DNA of 64,000 nt from Haplodiscus bocki (Eukaryota). Under the pieces are notes generated by a model. That model was not told the DNA's origin. It was given only the letters and a program-made list of their open reading frames with translations, and searched no databases. The position numbers and the translations under genes were made by a program. The stretch is from positions 37,200,001 through 37,264,000 of the forward strand of contig OZ296651.1 in the NCBI GenBank assembly GCA_965655095.1. Direction: 5' to 3'. Of the stretch, positions 51,972 through 62,896 are shown piece by piece (positions within the stretch are counted from its first letter, which is position 1; each line of letters starts with the position of its first letter).

Positions 51972-52143
51972 GGGTTGAAGTGCCAAAGATAATCAGCGCT
52001 GTTTCAGAAAGAGTTCTCGTTTTGAGCTCTGTTCAAAGCTGAATCAGCGCTTTTAGAGATTTTCAGGTAATGAACAGCGCTGGATCAGAACTGAAACATT
52101 TCTGAGTCAGCGCGGATCAGCGCTGAATCTCTAAGACCTCAAC
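51972..52143. mobile_element. Small MITE-like element with internal CAGCGCT(G) repeats
   Basis: Ends GGGTTGAAGTG / GACCTCAAC form an imperfect inverted pair. At least five (T/A)CAGCGC motifs lie inside. Confidence 0.5.
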
Positions 52144-54389
52144 GTAAAAAAAAGTGTTTTACGGAATTCTTTGAATCACGAAGTGTTTAAAAACAAGTTT
52201 TGTGCTGTCAGTAAGACTGTGCAGTGTTCACTTGGTTTTAATTACTAACAAACCCTTCTGAATGAACTCAGTCGCTTTCTTCATGTGGCCTGATCATCAT
52301 GAGGCCATTGACGAAACACAATCGCTGAGTTTTATCTCGTTTGTTCATTGGCACTCTATTTTCACTTACTTGCTTCGGTATTTCGGCAATGACGTCAAAA
52401 AATTGTGAGAGTTTTGAAAAGCCGAGACACGGTTTACTAGCTCCGTTTTATACAGGATTGAGTTAAAAACAGCGGCAATTATGAAAAAGCTACCAGTTAA
52501 AGAAAACGAGCTTGTATGCAAAATATATTTTAACAGCTAACATCAATATATGGGATAAATTTAAACATTCAATAGAAAATTGGGACGCGCAATAATTTGG
52601 AAACATTATTATATTTTGAAATGACTTTCAGGAAGGCGTTGAACCGCATTCCCGGCAATTAATTTTTTTTTAAACTTTTCGTTTCTACATTTCAATTGAA
52701 CTGAAAAAAAAGTGCCCAATTAATGCCAAAATTGATCATCAAAATAATTACTAAAATTTATTTAATTCGGTTCCCATTCAGTATTTTTTTTGTTAAATCT
52801 TGGTAACTTTATCGCTCTAAGAATTGACGATTCTTGTTGTTGTCAGTTTCATAGGAATTTCAATAGTTCATCGCTGATATAGGAACAGATTCTCTTGATT
52901 AGGCCGGTGTCAAATCAATTGACCCTGAGCACCTGTCCCCTGCACATTAAACGCCGCAGCTTTTTCGCGGCACAAAAATTTTGCCCTGATCACTAAACTA
53001 GGTTAAATTGATGCTACTAATCATAAGCACGGCGAACAACAAGCCTACAATTGATAAAATGAGATGCTAAAAGGAATATATTCCCCTAAAGCACTGAATT
53101 AGGTTCTGAAATTTGGCGCAATGCAACGAAATGCAAGAAAAAGAGAAAATAGTTGCTTAATACGATACTTTCAAGGTGGCGTGAAAAGTCCGTAAAGGAG
53201 ATGCTTTGAAACCATAGAGGCAAGCTCAAGCACAGAATCAAAGGAGAAATATTAGGTTGAAGTGCAATTTACAATTTTGAGCTGAAACGCATGTCCAACT
53301 GACAGGATAAACCAAGTCGAAGACCTAACAAAAATAACGTAACAGAGTGGCTAAGCTGCGCTTTGCAAACACTTGCTAAACTAATTTGTACAGAAAAGTG
53401 ATATTTCAAAATATGGGAAAAACAGCTCCACTCGTATTTGAGATGACACTATCTCACAACAATCACACACTCTTTACACAAAACCACCGCTCACGGAAAT
53501 ATCAGATTTTCAACAACATAGAATCACGCTCCTACCGCACTCCGATTAAGCAAGATTGAACAAAAAGCTGCGCACTAACAGTCTTGTGAATTGAACGAAA
53601 CTGTCACTGAAAGAATAAACATCTCCAAAAAAACTGCCTGAAAAGCACTGAAAATAACAATTATCTACTGTTGGAAAAATTATCGGCAAAAAATAACACG
53701 AAGCACACAATACCTGACACTCCAAAATTCAAAAAGCAGCCAGTAGCTGCTTGAGCGCTCAATAGCTGCAGTGTGACCAATTCACCAAAAGACAAGCTTT
53801 TGACGAAAGGCGCAAAGTGAAACATTTTACACTTTCCACTCGAAAGTCCACTTGGTCGGCACTAAAAAAGCAAGAACAACCGCCTCGGGAACTTCAACGA
53901 TCTTTCAAGCCAACAAAAGTCAAATATACACTGGGTGAACGAAATCAGACAACTGTTAATTGAGTGAAACACTTCCATGATCGATGTCAAAGAAAACACG
54001 TTTGAGCTTTCACTTAAAAAAAATGAATTGTCTCAAGTAAAAGACAGAAGGATGACCTGTGTGTTCCAAAGAAGCTCCACACGAAAAGCGTTGGATTGAG
54101 CCAAAGTAAATGAATTTCGACCGGATGGCATTGAGAAAAACAGTTTTTTTCCGAAAAACGGAAGAACACATAACTCCGTTTCTTCAAATTCGAGGAAATA
54201 ATTGAGAAATAAACTATAATAGGGACTATCCAAGCTACTTGCACGTTCTTTATCAGTTGTTTAGTTGAGTTAGCACTAGATGAACCCAATATGACCAATT
54301 GTAACTAAGAAAAACTGTTTTAACGCAAGAATATCTTCTGCTTTTCAAACAGGAGTCCGGGTTTTTCGCAACAAAATAGTAAAATAAAC

Positions 54390-54795
54390 TATCATACCAG
54401 TTATGCAAAAACTTCCGAAACTGCGCAGTTGAATCAGGCTCAGAAGGAACCGAAGTAACAATTAATCAAAAAAGAAATTTTTTGACGAACAATGCAAATA
54501 AAAACCTCTCCTTTTTTCAAGAACTATTGATATTTTCAACCTCAATATTAAAAAAAGCCCATCCAAGCAACTCAGCAGAACCTCTAGATTGTTTGTAGTT
54601 GATTGAGTGTATTTTGCAGCTGATGGCTTCAACTATACCAGTTGTTCTCGAGAAAAATAGTTTCAATGAACAATGCATGCAAAATATTGTCAATTTTTTG
54701 AAGATAAGCCGAGAGCTTGCGCAGTAAAGGCATAAAATGGACCATCGTAGTCGCTGCGCAGAACCTCTAAGTGGCGAGTAGTTGAATCAGCGCTG
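54390..54795 (+). repeat. Degenerate tandem repeat, ~181-183 bp unit, about 2 copies
   Basis: GAACAATGCA at 54487 and 54668; GCAGAACCTCTA at 54575 and 54758, each followed by GTAGTTGA. Confidence 0.55.
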
Positions 54796-55610
54796 GTTGG
54801 ATCCCATCTGACGGCTTTTTTCTAAAGGAGGTTTTCTCGACTAAAGCGAGTAGAAAAATTGCAATTCCAAAATAAAACTACATTTTTTTGGTGTGAAAAC
54901 GTGAAAACTGCCGTATGTGTCACAAAACAAGTTATTTGGCTCGTAAAATTTTGAATTTGAATTGATTGTATCAAAAAGAGAACATTTAAAATATCCGTAA
55001 GCAAAACGTTCTTTTTTGCAAAAAATGCAGTTGTGATATATGTTTATACGACTAATGCCTGTAGTCTTTCCGGAGTACTTGGCGCAAGCGGTCGATTAAA
55101 CACTTTTGGGGTCACAAGCTGGGCATCCGAGCCGCATACGAAACGGAAAAAAATTCTCGAAACATTTCAGATTCTCAGAAAAAGTGCAAGATTTGAACGA
55201 TTGAAAAAAAAGTAACCGTCCCGTCGAGCGCAATACACACTCTCTGCTCGCTCCACTCACATCGCAAGTGCGATCATCTAATCTAACAAGAAATCTACAT
55301 GCAGAGTTTCGTTAAAGAGAGTTTCCACATTTAAGTTCTTGGAGTAGATTCATCACTGAGAATACAAAGGATGCACTCTTCAATGTTTTTGGCGACGATG
55401 ACTCATTAATTCTCGATAACTTCTCGAAATCATTCCCAATATTGACTTCTTGTGATTCCCGAGTATTTTCTTGAAAACATATCCTGAGTACATTTTTTTG
55501 ACAGCAAGTCACTAACAGTTTTGTTCAGCATTTTACTTGATTGCCATTATCAAATAACCGACGTAGTTTATTTCAGTGTTTTGATAGTTCTCTCACCAAG
55601 CTCAGCAATC

Positions 55611-56119
55611 TCAAACTGTCGCCTGGCCTATTTTGGCCTTGGTGTTACTTCCACTCTTCGATTTTGAATTGGGTTTATCAAGAAGGGACAAACTTTTCCC
55701 CTCAGCATTTACCTTCGAATCCTTGCTGAACATTTTCAAAAACGGTCTGCATACTTTCTTGAAGGCTTTTCTGAACATTCGTCCACTGAAGGCGTAGAAG
55801 ATGAAGTTTAGCGAGTTGTTCATGATCATGGGGATCTCAGTGGCTATTTCGTAGAAATTCTTCTTGTCTTCGTTCTGGGATGAGTTGGCGCTGGTTTCGA
55901 GTGATAAAACGTTGATGACAGCAACTGTAGAAATGAGAACGAGAAATGAGCATGTCAGAAAGAGGAGCATGACCACATAATTCTTTTCACACTTCCGTTT
56001 ACGCTCTTGCACTAATTGCTGCGATTGCTGTTGACGTTGACTGTCAATAGTAATGGTTGTGACTCGTGAAATGTTTGTCAACATTGGGCTTCCAGGTGGG
56101 TTCGGACCTTTAACAACCA
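55611..56119 (-). CDS. Terminal coding exon of a class A (rhodopsin-like) GPCR, peptide/FMRFamide-receptor-like: end of ICL3, TM6, ECL3, TM7, helix 8, C-tail
   Basis: Basic ICL3 end (ERKRKCEK), hydrophobic TM6 (YVVMLLFLTCSFLVLISTVAVINVL), TM7 NNSLNFIFY (NFxxY variant of NPxxY) and helix 8 SGRMFRKAF. The frame is intact to the stop. Candidate phase-1 acceptor ...ATATAG| at 56121-56120. Upstream exons were not identified. Confidence 0.85.
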
Positions 56120-56678
56120 CTATATATTATTTAGTAGTGATTTTGAATAAGCGAAACAAAGAAAAAAAACCTAGCGCTTTTATTTAATGAAAAGTAAACA
56201 AAAATTCAAAGACCGTCACCATGTTGGTCATTTTTTGTTAAATTTTTATTTTGAAAAAATCCATTTTCTCAGCGGTTAAATTATAGCATTTCCTAGTTTA
56301 GGTCCTCCAACGCGAGCCCCCGTAAATATGGTAATGAGCTCTTGGTGAAGTAATATTTCGTTTGTACAAAATTCAGTTTCTAGGTGCCGAAAAAGCGATT
56401 TACATGTATTAAGATATCGTATATCGTATAGCGATCTCACTGCTCTGGATACGGGTAAAGTTTCAGGATAAAATTTGTTCCCGAATATTTCTCTGTTTTT
56501 CGTCGATGTCACGGTACACCTCAAACCTCAAGTGTCCCTGAAGCCTGCTTCCGACAAAGTAGCTTGTTGATTGGTCAGTATGAACGTCCTTTGGCGTACT
56601 AAGAGAAATCCAATGATTTACCAGAAGAAGAATAAGCAGAAGAGAGTTGATTCACAACAAAAAATTATTTTGCTATTC

Positions 56679-57127
56679 TTTATTATTTTCCGACCTTATT
56701 TAAATATGGAAGGAAAATCATTCACTCAACGCGTGCGTTTTTTTAACGTTTACTTGCAAATTGAGTATGTCCAAATGTCCGCAATTTGAAAAACAATCAC
56801 CAAGTATAATCAAATTTGCCGTAAAATGCGACTGAAATAGAGAAATTTCTCAAAGTCTTAAGCAATTGGAGTTTTTCTGAAAAAAATGCTTTTTTTGACA
56901 AAAACTTGACTTATTGCAAAGTCGGCAAAAGTGGCAAATTTGCTGTAGAATGTGTATCAAATGATCTTATTTACAAAAATGTCTTTTTTCAACCTGAATT
57001 GAGGTGATGCAAAAATTCAGAAACTCTATAATTTTGGGAACGTTAGAAAATTTCTCCAAAAATATTCATTCATCCTTCCAACAAGATTCTTCAAAAAAAC
57101 ATCCTCGTGGTAGCCGAGTGACTTGCT
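56679..57127 (+). mobile_element. HINE/DINE-1-like dispersed repeat, copy 4
   Basis: 5' TTTATTATTTTCCGACC...ATATGGAAGGAAAATCATTCACTCAACGC; CAAATTTGC(C/T)GTA(A/G)AATG subrepeats; 3' CTCG-TGGTAGC-CGAG stem-loop (57104-57118), then CTTGCT. Confidence 0.7.
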
Positions 57128-58928
57128 ATTTTTATAGTTAATGCTAAAGTTGTTGCTATTTAATATCATTTTAGGCAATGCTATCTATATACTTCATCCA
57201 TAATCTCAGTTAATCATCAGTTCGAAAAGAAAGGTAGTTACTTACACTATCTATGTTTGGACGTCAGAATGCTGCGTTTTCAGTTGCCACAACTTCATCT
57301 TATTTTTGGTTCTTTTAAAAAATACATTATTATTTTCAGTTGAAAAATTTTTCAGGAAAGAAAAGTTTCAATTCATTAGTCGGGTTTTTTCCCGATTTTC
57401 CCCATGACGCTTTGCTAGACTTCGTGTTTTGCAGAGTAGAATCATTGGTATGTTGTATGATACATATGTGTTGGTTGTCACCGCTATTAAAAATTCAGAG
57501 GTGGTTAACTCCCGGTTCGAATTTCTGCATGCTACAATTTTTTTACATGGGTTCAGATACTCTTTAACACGTTTCTGATTTTCATTAGCAAAAAGCGGTG
57601 ATTTTCGTTTCCCACTAGGGTTTATTTGATCAATTGTTTTCTGGAAAAATTACACATTTGCCGTAGGAACACAAACATCGTTCTCTTTCTATTTATATAT
57701 GTCTAAAAATTAACAAAAAACTTTTCGCTTTTCTCAAAAAACGAAGAAAAAATAAATATGTCTGTAAAAAAGTGTAACTAATATTGTAAAAACTGAACTT
57801 TCCTCAGTTTTTTGGAATGAATTGTTTTTAAATTTTTTTTGTTCAAGGGCTAAACATTACAAACCTGCTTCAAAATATATCTGCTGCAGCATATCCTTTA
57901 ATGATCTACACAAGGATGGAATGCTAAAAAAATCAAATTAGATTTGAAATTCCTGTTGTTGAAACTCATGTTTTTGCAAAAGTATGACGTTCAGTTCTTT
58001 AACCCACGTTTCAAACAAACTTCATGCTGTCAGTGAACTTTTCGAATGAAGATTTAGCAATTTCTTTCTTGCAAGAGAATCCTGAAAATCCAAAAACTGC
58101 AAAAAGAGATATTTATGTTGACTTTGCACGATATTCAAACTCTCAATTCTCAAAAACCACAGAATTGAGCTCGTTCATCAACGTCTCAAACAAAAAAATC
58201 AGAGTCGGAGAGGGATTTTCAATTGAAAAATCATTGATTTTGTTACTTACATCAGAAACTTGATTCTCTGAAAACTACATAAAGTGCTGAGTTTATATCG
58301 AGATTCAAACTCCTACATTTCTGTGATTACAAACTTAAAAGTTCTTGAAAATGTCACTTCTATGCTTCAGTTTTATAGAGAGGGATATCCAAGTAAGAAG
58401 TCGTTAATTTTGTTCCCTCACTTAGACAATCCGAAAATTTAAAACTTGCTTTCAGTTTTCATTCTTTTTGTTCTTCAAATTCAAGTATCTCCACAACTGC
58501 GGCCTTCCTTTCTTGCATCGAGGTCTCCTTCCAGAGCATTAACTTTGTAGATGAGTATTCGGTTGACAAATTTTGGTTTTCGTTCGTTGCATGGGAAACC
58601 GGATAGTCCAAATGTGCGTTAAATTGCCAATGAAAGTGACTCTTCTCGATATTGGAATGTTTAAAAATTACACCAATATCAACTGCAAGAACATGTGGAT
58701 TTTCAATTAGTAATAAGGTAATAAATGACGTAGTTATGCAAAATTTTACTTAAAAGAAAAACCAATAAGAAAAAAATCAACAAATTTTTAAGTCTTTTGA
58801 TAATTTATATAGGAAAAGCTTACAAGACAATCTGACTGATGGAAATGATTATGAACTTTATTGTGAAGTTTTAATTTAGTACATTCATGGAACAAAAAAT
58901 GAAACTTATTCATGTCAGCAGGGCAAAC

Positions 58929-58984
58929 AGTTTGCTACGCGAACAAAAATATGTCCGCTTGACCGACAGTTCGCATAGCGAACT
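58929..58984. repeat. Nested inverted repeat (double hairpin / cruciform-capable)
   Basis: AGTTTGCTACGCGAAC (58929-58944) and GTTCGCATAGCGAACT (58969-58984) are 14/16 complementary. The right arm is itself AGTTCGC-ATA-GCGAACT. Confidence 0.7.
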
Positions 58985-59139
58985 TAAAAATGAACTTGAG
59001 TTTCTCAGTTATAGTAAAAGGAAAGTAAATTTAAAACCTAAAACGTGAAATGTCCTGTTTCTCAAACTGTCCTGTTTCAAGAGTTTTAGCTGTTCTGTAC
59101 GCCGGCGAAAGCTGACAGCACACAGAGTGAACATACTAT

Positions 59140-59843
59140 ATGGATGTTGATACATTTTGTACTGCATGTAGGATAAAAATGGATAAAGTTAATCGAAAAA
59201 ACGGTAGAGGTAATTGTGAAAGCTGCCACAAAAAAACAAATGAAAATATAAAAAACTTCAGAGAAGAAACAGTTCAACAAAAAAGAGCACCCATTGTAGG
59301 TCCATCTTTTTCAAGAATATTGTATCTTATGTTGAAATTTCTATCAGGAATGAGTGATAGAGATGTATATATAATCACCAAATCCCCACCTGAGTAACAC
59401 TTTAAAATCGAAATGAGAGAAGAAGGAGAAGAAATCGAACCCATAAACGAGTTTGAAAATAGTGTCTTTGTTTTTGATAATAATTTAGGCTCGTCAAATT
59501 GTGAATATTTAGATCAGTTTTTCAGGAAAAGACACAAAATTTAGGAGTTTTGTTACGTACCACAATCTTGATCAGATTTATCAAATAGAACAATACGAAA
59601 AAAAGTAATGAATTAGCTTCGTTTAATCAAACATTAAACGGCAGAGACAATATATATAGAGACGCTGGTGGATATGACATTATATATGATGGTTTTAAAC
59701 ATTTATGCAGACTTTTTCGGGAAGATGAATGTTATTCTCAATGTACTCATAGATCTAAAAAGAAAATTGAGGAAAACTATTGTAATTGTAATGAAAACTA
59801 AGATACGTATATTGAATATACGTCCCAAACAAATCCAATCTAG
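59140..59843 (+). pseudogene. A32/FtsK-like DNA packaging ATPase with an N-terminal CxxC...CxxC, disrupted
   Basis: Degenerate Walker A IVGPSFSRIL (expected GPSxSGKT). After an in-frame TAA at 59395, Walker B SVFVFDNN at 59461-59484. Then DQFF..RH, PQS..DL..RTIR and FNQT motifs typical of A32-like ATPases, across frameshifts. Confidence 0.8.
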
Positions 59844-59899
59844 GTTTTTCAAATCCAATGAGGGTGCACTTTTGAGCTATTTTAATGTTGTATTCAAAT

Positions 59900-60772
59900 C
59901 AATTAGAAATGATTTGGAAGGGTAATATGAGTTCGCATCATCACAAAGCCAAGTAAAAACAATAGGGTTACAACTTAAATTGTGGAAGCAAACCATTGAT
60001 GAGGAAATAAAAAACCATTTGAACCCGTTACCAAAACACTTAAAGATGCATCTAAAGTTGCAACAAAGACCACGATGGCGGCTTGTAAAGAGAACACTGA
60101 AAAGACTTCGCATCTAAACGATGAATTTTTTGACATAATGAAAGATGGGGGTACCTTTGCACCATATTTGTTTTGTCCTTTATCTAAAATCCCTTATTTC
60201 GAGCATACTAGCCAAATCAAACTGTTGAAGGACCCCCATTCAGTTAGAGTCAATGATCTTCTGAAAAACTAAACAAAACAAGTTACCATTTTTGACAAGT
60301 TGCTGACATTCCGTGAGACAGATAGAAAGTTTACATTGAAGGAGATCATTTTAAAAAGATAACAAAAGAAAACTGAAATGTTGATCCAGCTAAATTATCG
60401 GATAAAAAATTATTGTTTGAGTTTGCAAAGGCAATGTTTTCCGATTGAAAGAGTCTAGGTAATAAAAGTAATTGAAAAAAGTCTCTCATTAGGTTGCATG
60501 ATTCACCTGCTATCAAGGCAAGGTCTTTCAAAGAGAAACTTTCCTCAAAATCAAAAGACCAAAATCCAAAAAAAAACAAAAGCAAGATTGTTTTCTTCCA
60601 TTCCCAATGGAGTTTGTGAAGAAAATAAATTGAATATTACAAGAGGAAGAAGCTGGAAATATTTCTAAAAAAATTCATGAAAAATTTGTTGCTATAGAAG
60701 ATGAACTTGTAGAATACAAGTTATTATCTACGAAACAACACAGATTTTCGCTATTTAAATGTTCAAATTGAA
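59900..60772 (+). pseudogene. Disrupted Polinton hypothetical ORF(s), ending in a PNxxC..(L)..LQEEEAGN...I..I.DEL-type segment
   Basis: Fragments QSQVKTIGLQLKL..., PFEPVTKTLKD, LNDEFFDIMKDGG...RVNDLL and LQEEEAGNISKKIHEKFVAIEDELVEYK are colinear on the + strand between the ATPase and capsid. The last resembles, from recall, the DPNEL..RL.LL...AGN motif of Polinton ORFs. Confidence 0.5.
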
Positions 60773-62007
60773 TGAGACTAAGAGGTTGATCGAAAAATCC
60801 TGAATTGTGTTTGTAAAAGATTTTCGCTTGCAGAGACTTCAACAATAAATACTACTACTACTCAAAAATTGATCAACATACTTGAAAAAGATTCTGTTTT
60901 TTCTCTGACTAATACTTCTCTTGTTTTAAAGTTTTAGATTATCAAAGAAACTGATAATTTCAGATATGCAGATTGTAAAGATAAAGGGTTAGTCAATTTA
61001 GCTTTATTCAGTAATTATAAACTGACGACATTTAGTGGTAAACACTTAGAAGATATTAGTCAAAGTCACATTGTTTCTTTATTGTATATTCTATTAACTT
61101 CAAGTGGAGCGAGTGATGAGTTCTCTAATGGATCGTAAAAGGAGGAAAAAAGAGTTAACTAATAACAAAAACATAAAACAAAAAATTCATGTTTAACTTA
61201 TGCTCAGAGTTGTTTTTAGTTTTGCAGAATATCAAGTAAAAAAACTACTCTCGGGCGCCGTTATGAATTGAAACCAACAAAAACGGTAACGATGTTGCTT
61301 TGAACGAGGCTGACATAATCCCCGATGCTGGAAGTAGCATTGAAAGTTTCCATTGGTATATACCTCATTATACAGCATCTATTAATCAACAAGGTTTCTT
61401 ATCTGAACAAACTTCAAGTAAGACACCCACGGAGCTTTGATAAGTTGAAATATCTGTTTTTTGAAAGATGTAATTGATCAAAAAGAATGGGCTTTTCAAT
61501 AGAGATCTCAACAGTAATTGAATGTTCCTTCATGGATATTTTATGGTTTTTAATAAACAGTTAGAGAAAACTCACAAAATCAAAATATTGATAATTTTTG
61601 GAGATTACCTGATACCAGTGCCCAATGCATAATTGACACACCGAAAAACACCCGGATGCTGGCATAACATTAGGTTATGATGATAAAGATTTTTATCAAG
61701 GAAATGGTCAAATGAAAGAAATTTTTAACGCTCTTACAAAAGATGATGTCCTTCAACCATATAAATCTGATCATGATTTTAGGTCAACTAAAGTTGGTGA
61801 TGCCGGAGAAGAAAATGGTAATGTTGGTCAAAATTTATATTTTTTCGATAAACGATATCAAACAAATATCACAGTTGCTGAACTAATAAAAGTAAAATTA
61901 AATTTGATGAAGTTATTCCTAAAAAAATCAATGGTTATGCTTTGGTATCAACAATTAAATTTGTTAGTGTGAGTAGTGAAGGGAGCAAGCATTTTGTTTT
62001 GATCTAA
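60759..62007 (+). pseudogene. Major capsid protein (double jelly-roll type) of Polinton/adintovirus, disrupted
   Basis: About 410 codons across frameshifts: MFKLNE..EVDRKIL.., LFSNYKLTTFSGKHLEDI, VFSFAEYQ, FHWYIPHY, VPSWIFYGF, SAQCII..EKHP, NLYFFDKRYQ, NGYALVSTIKFVSVSSEG. The size, beta-rich pattern and position fit an MCP. Assigned by recall, not by search. Confidence 0.7.
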
Positions 62008-62890
62008 GGGATTTTTAATTTCTTCATGACACTTTTAATTTCTTTCAATGAGAATTTTGTTTTTTTTTTCAATAAAGCTTCATTATAACGCTCGGGAAGC
62101 GACCGCGAATTTTCAGTGAAACTCTCAGATCTGGCCTCGCCAATGCGAAAAAACGGTTTTGTGTCATTGATAATTTCTTCATTTTCAAACAACCCATATG
62201 ACCAATTAGTTGAATCTCCTTTTCAGAACGTTTTCTTCAAGTCCGCTGTTCTAACGAGATCACCTTTTATATATTATGAATTGACTATTTTCTTTTGTCT
62301 AATAAATTTTCATAAACATATCCGGCATTCTTTTTTCAAGAAGTTCAGATTGGTGTTAGTTCAGTTGACAATAACTTTCTATTATTATATTGTTTCGTTT
62401 TTGTGACTAAAGCATCCACCCAATTAGAATGAACTTTTTCAAAAACGGGTTTTTGGGAACGTCTTTGATAACACGATTGAACCTTGCAACAAATATTGCT
62501 CCTAAGGAAGTAGTTTTGGAATAACTTTCAATGTTATTGATCTTTGGGAGAGCAGCGAACAATTTTTCTACAAATTCTTTTCCGCGATCTGTTTCATTTA
62601 CTTTTGGCTTTCTTTTTGAATTCAGCAAGAAATTTTCAGAAAAGTTAATTAAGCTTTTAGCTTTCTTCCTCAAAGCAATTGTCCAACCAAATTTTGAGAT
62701 TTTATCGATTCCTACCAAAACGTATCGATGATCTGTTTTGTTTTCAGGATCGTACTCGTTTAAATCTAACCCATCTTAACTTCAAGTATCATCAATATGA
62801 TAATAATCGGCTTTGTTACTGATGTAATTTTTTTTGGTGCCTGAGAATAAAATTTTCTCTTCAAAAACTATTACTGCCCTCTGAGTGATT
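62004..62890 (-). pseudogene. Retroviral-like (rve) integrase of Polinton type, disrupted
   Basis: HIDDT*S*DGLDL...RYVLVGIDKISKFGW...KRKPKVNETDRGKEF...GAIFVARFNR (catalytic Glu of AERFNR lost)...YNNR...KGDLVRTADLKKTF*KGDSTNWS...LPERYNEALLK. Confidence 0.88.
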
Positions 62891-62896
62891 CATGAG

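Noticed and set aside
56527-56598. Candidate 72-nt upstream GPCR exon (TTTCTCTTAG|...GAG|GTTTGA on the minus strand)
   Set aside because: It is open only in phase 2, whereas the best acceptor of the terminal exon is phase 1, and the phase-1 reading has a TGA. Unsupported without RNA data.
59086-62731. ORFs antisense or out of frame to the Polinton genes (59086-, 59668+, 59877-, 60346-, 62116+, 62531+)
   Set aside because: They are shadow frames of the ATPase, hypothetical and integrase remnants.
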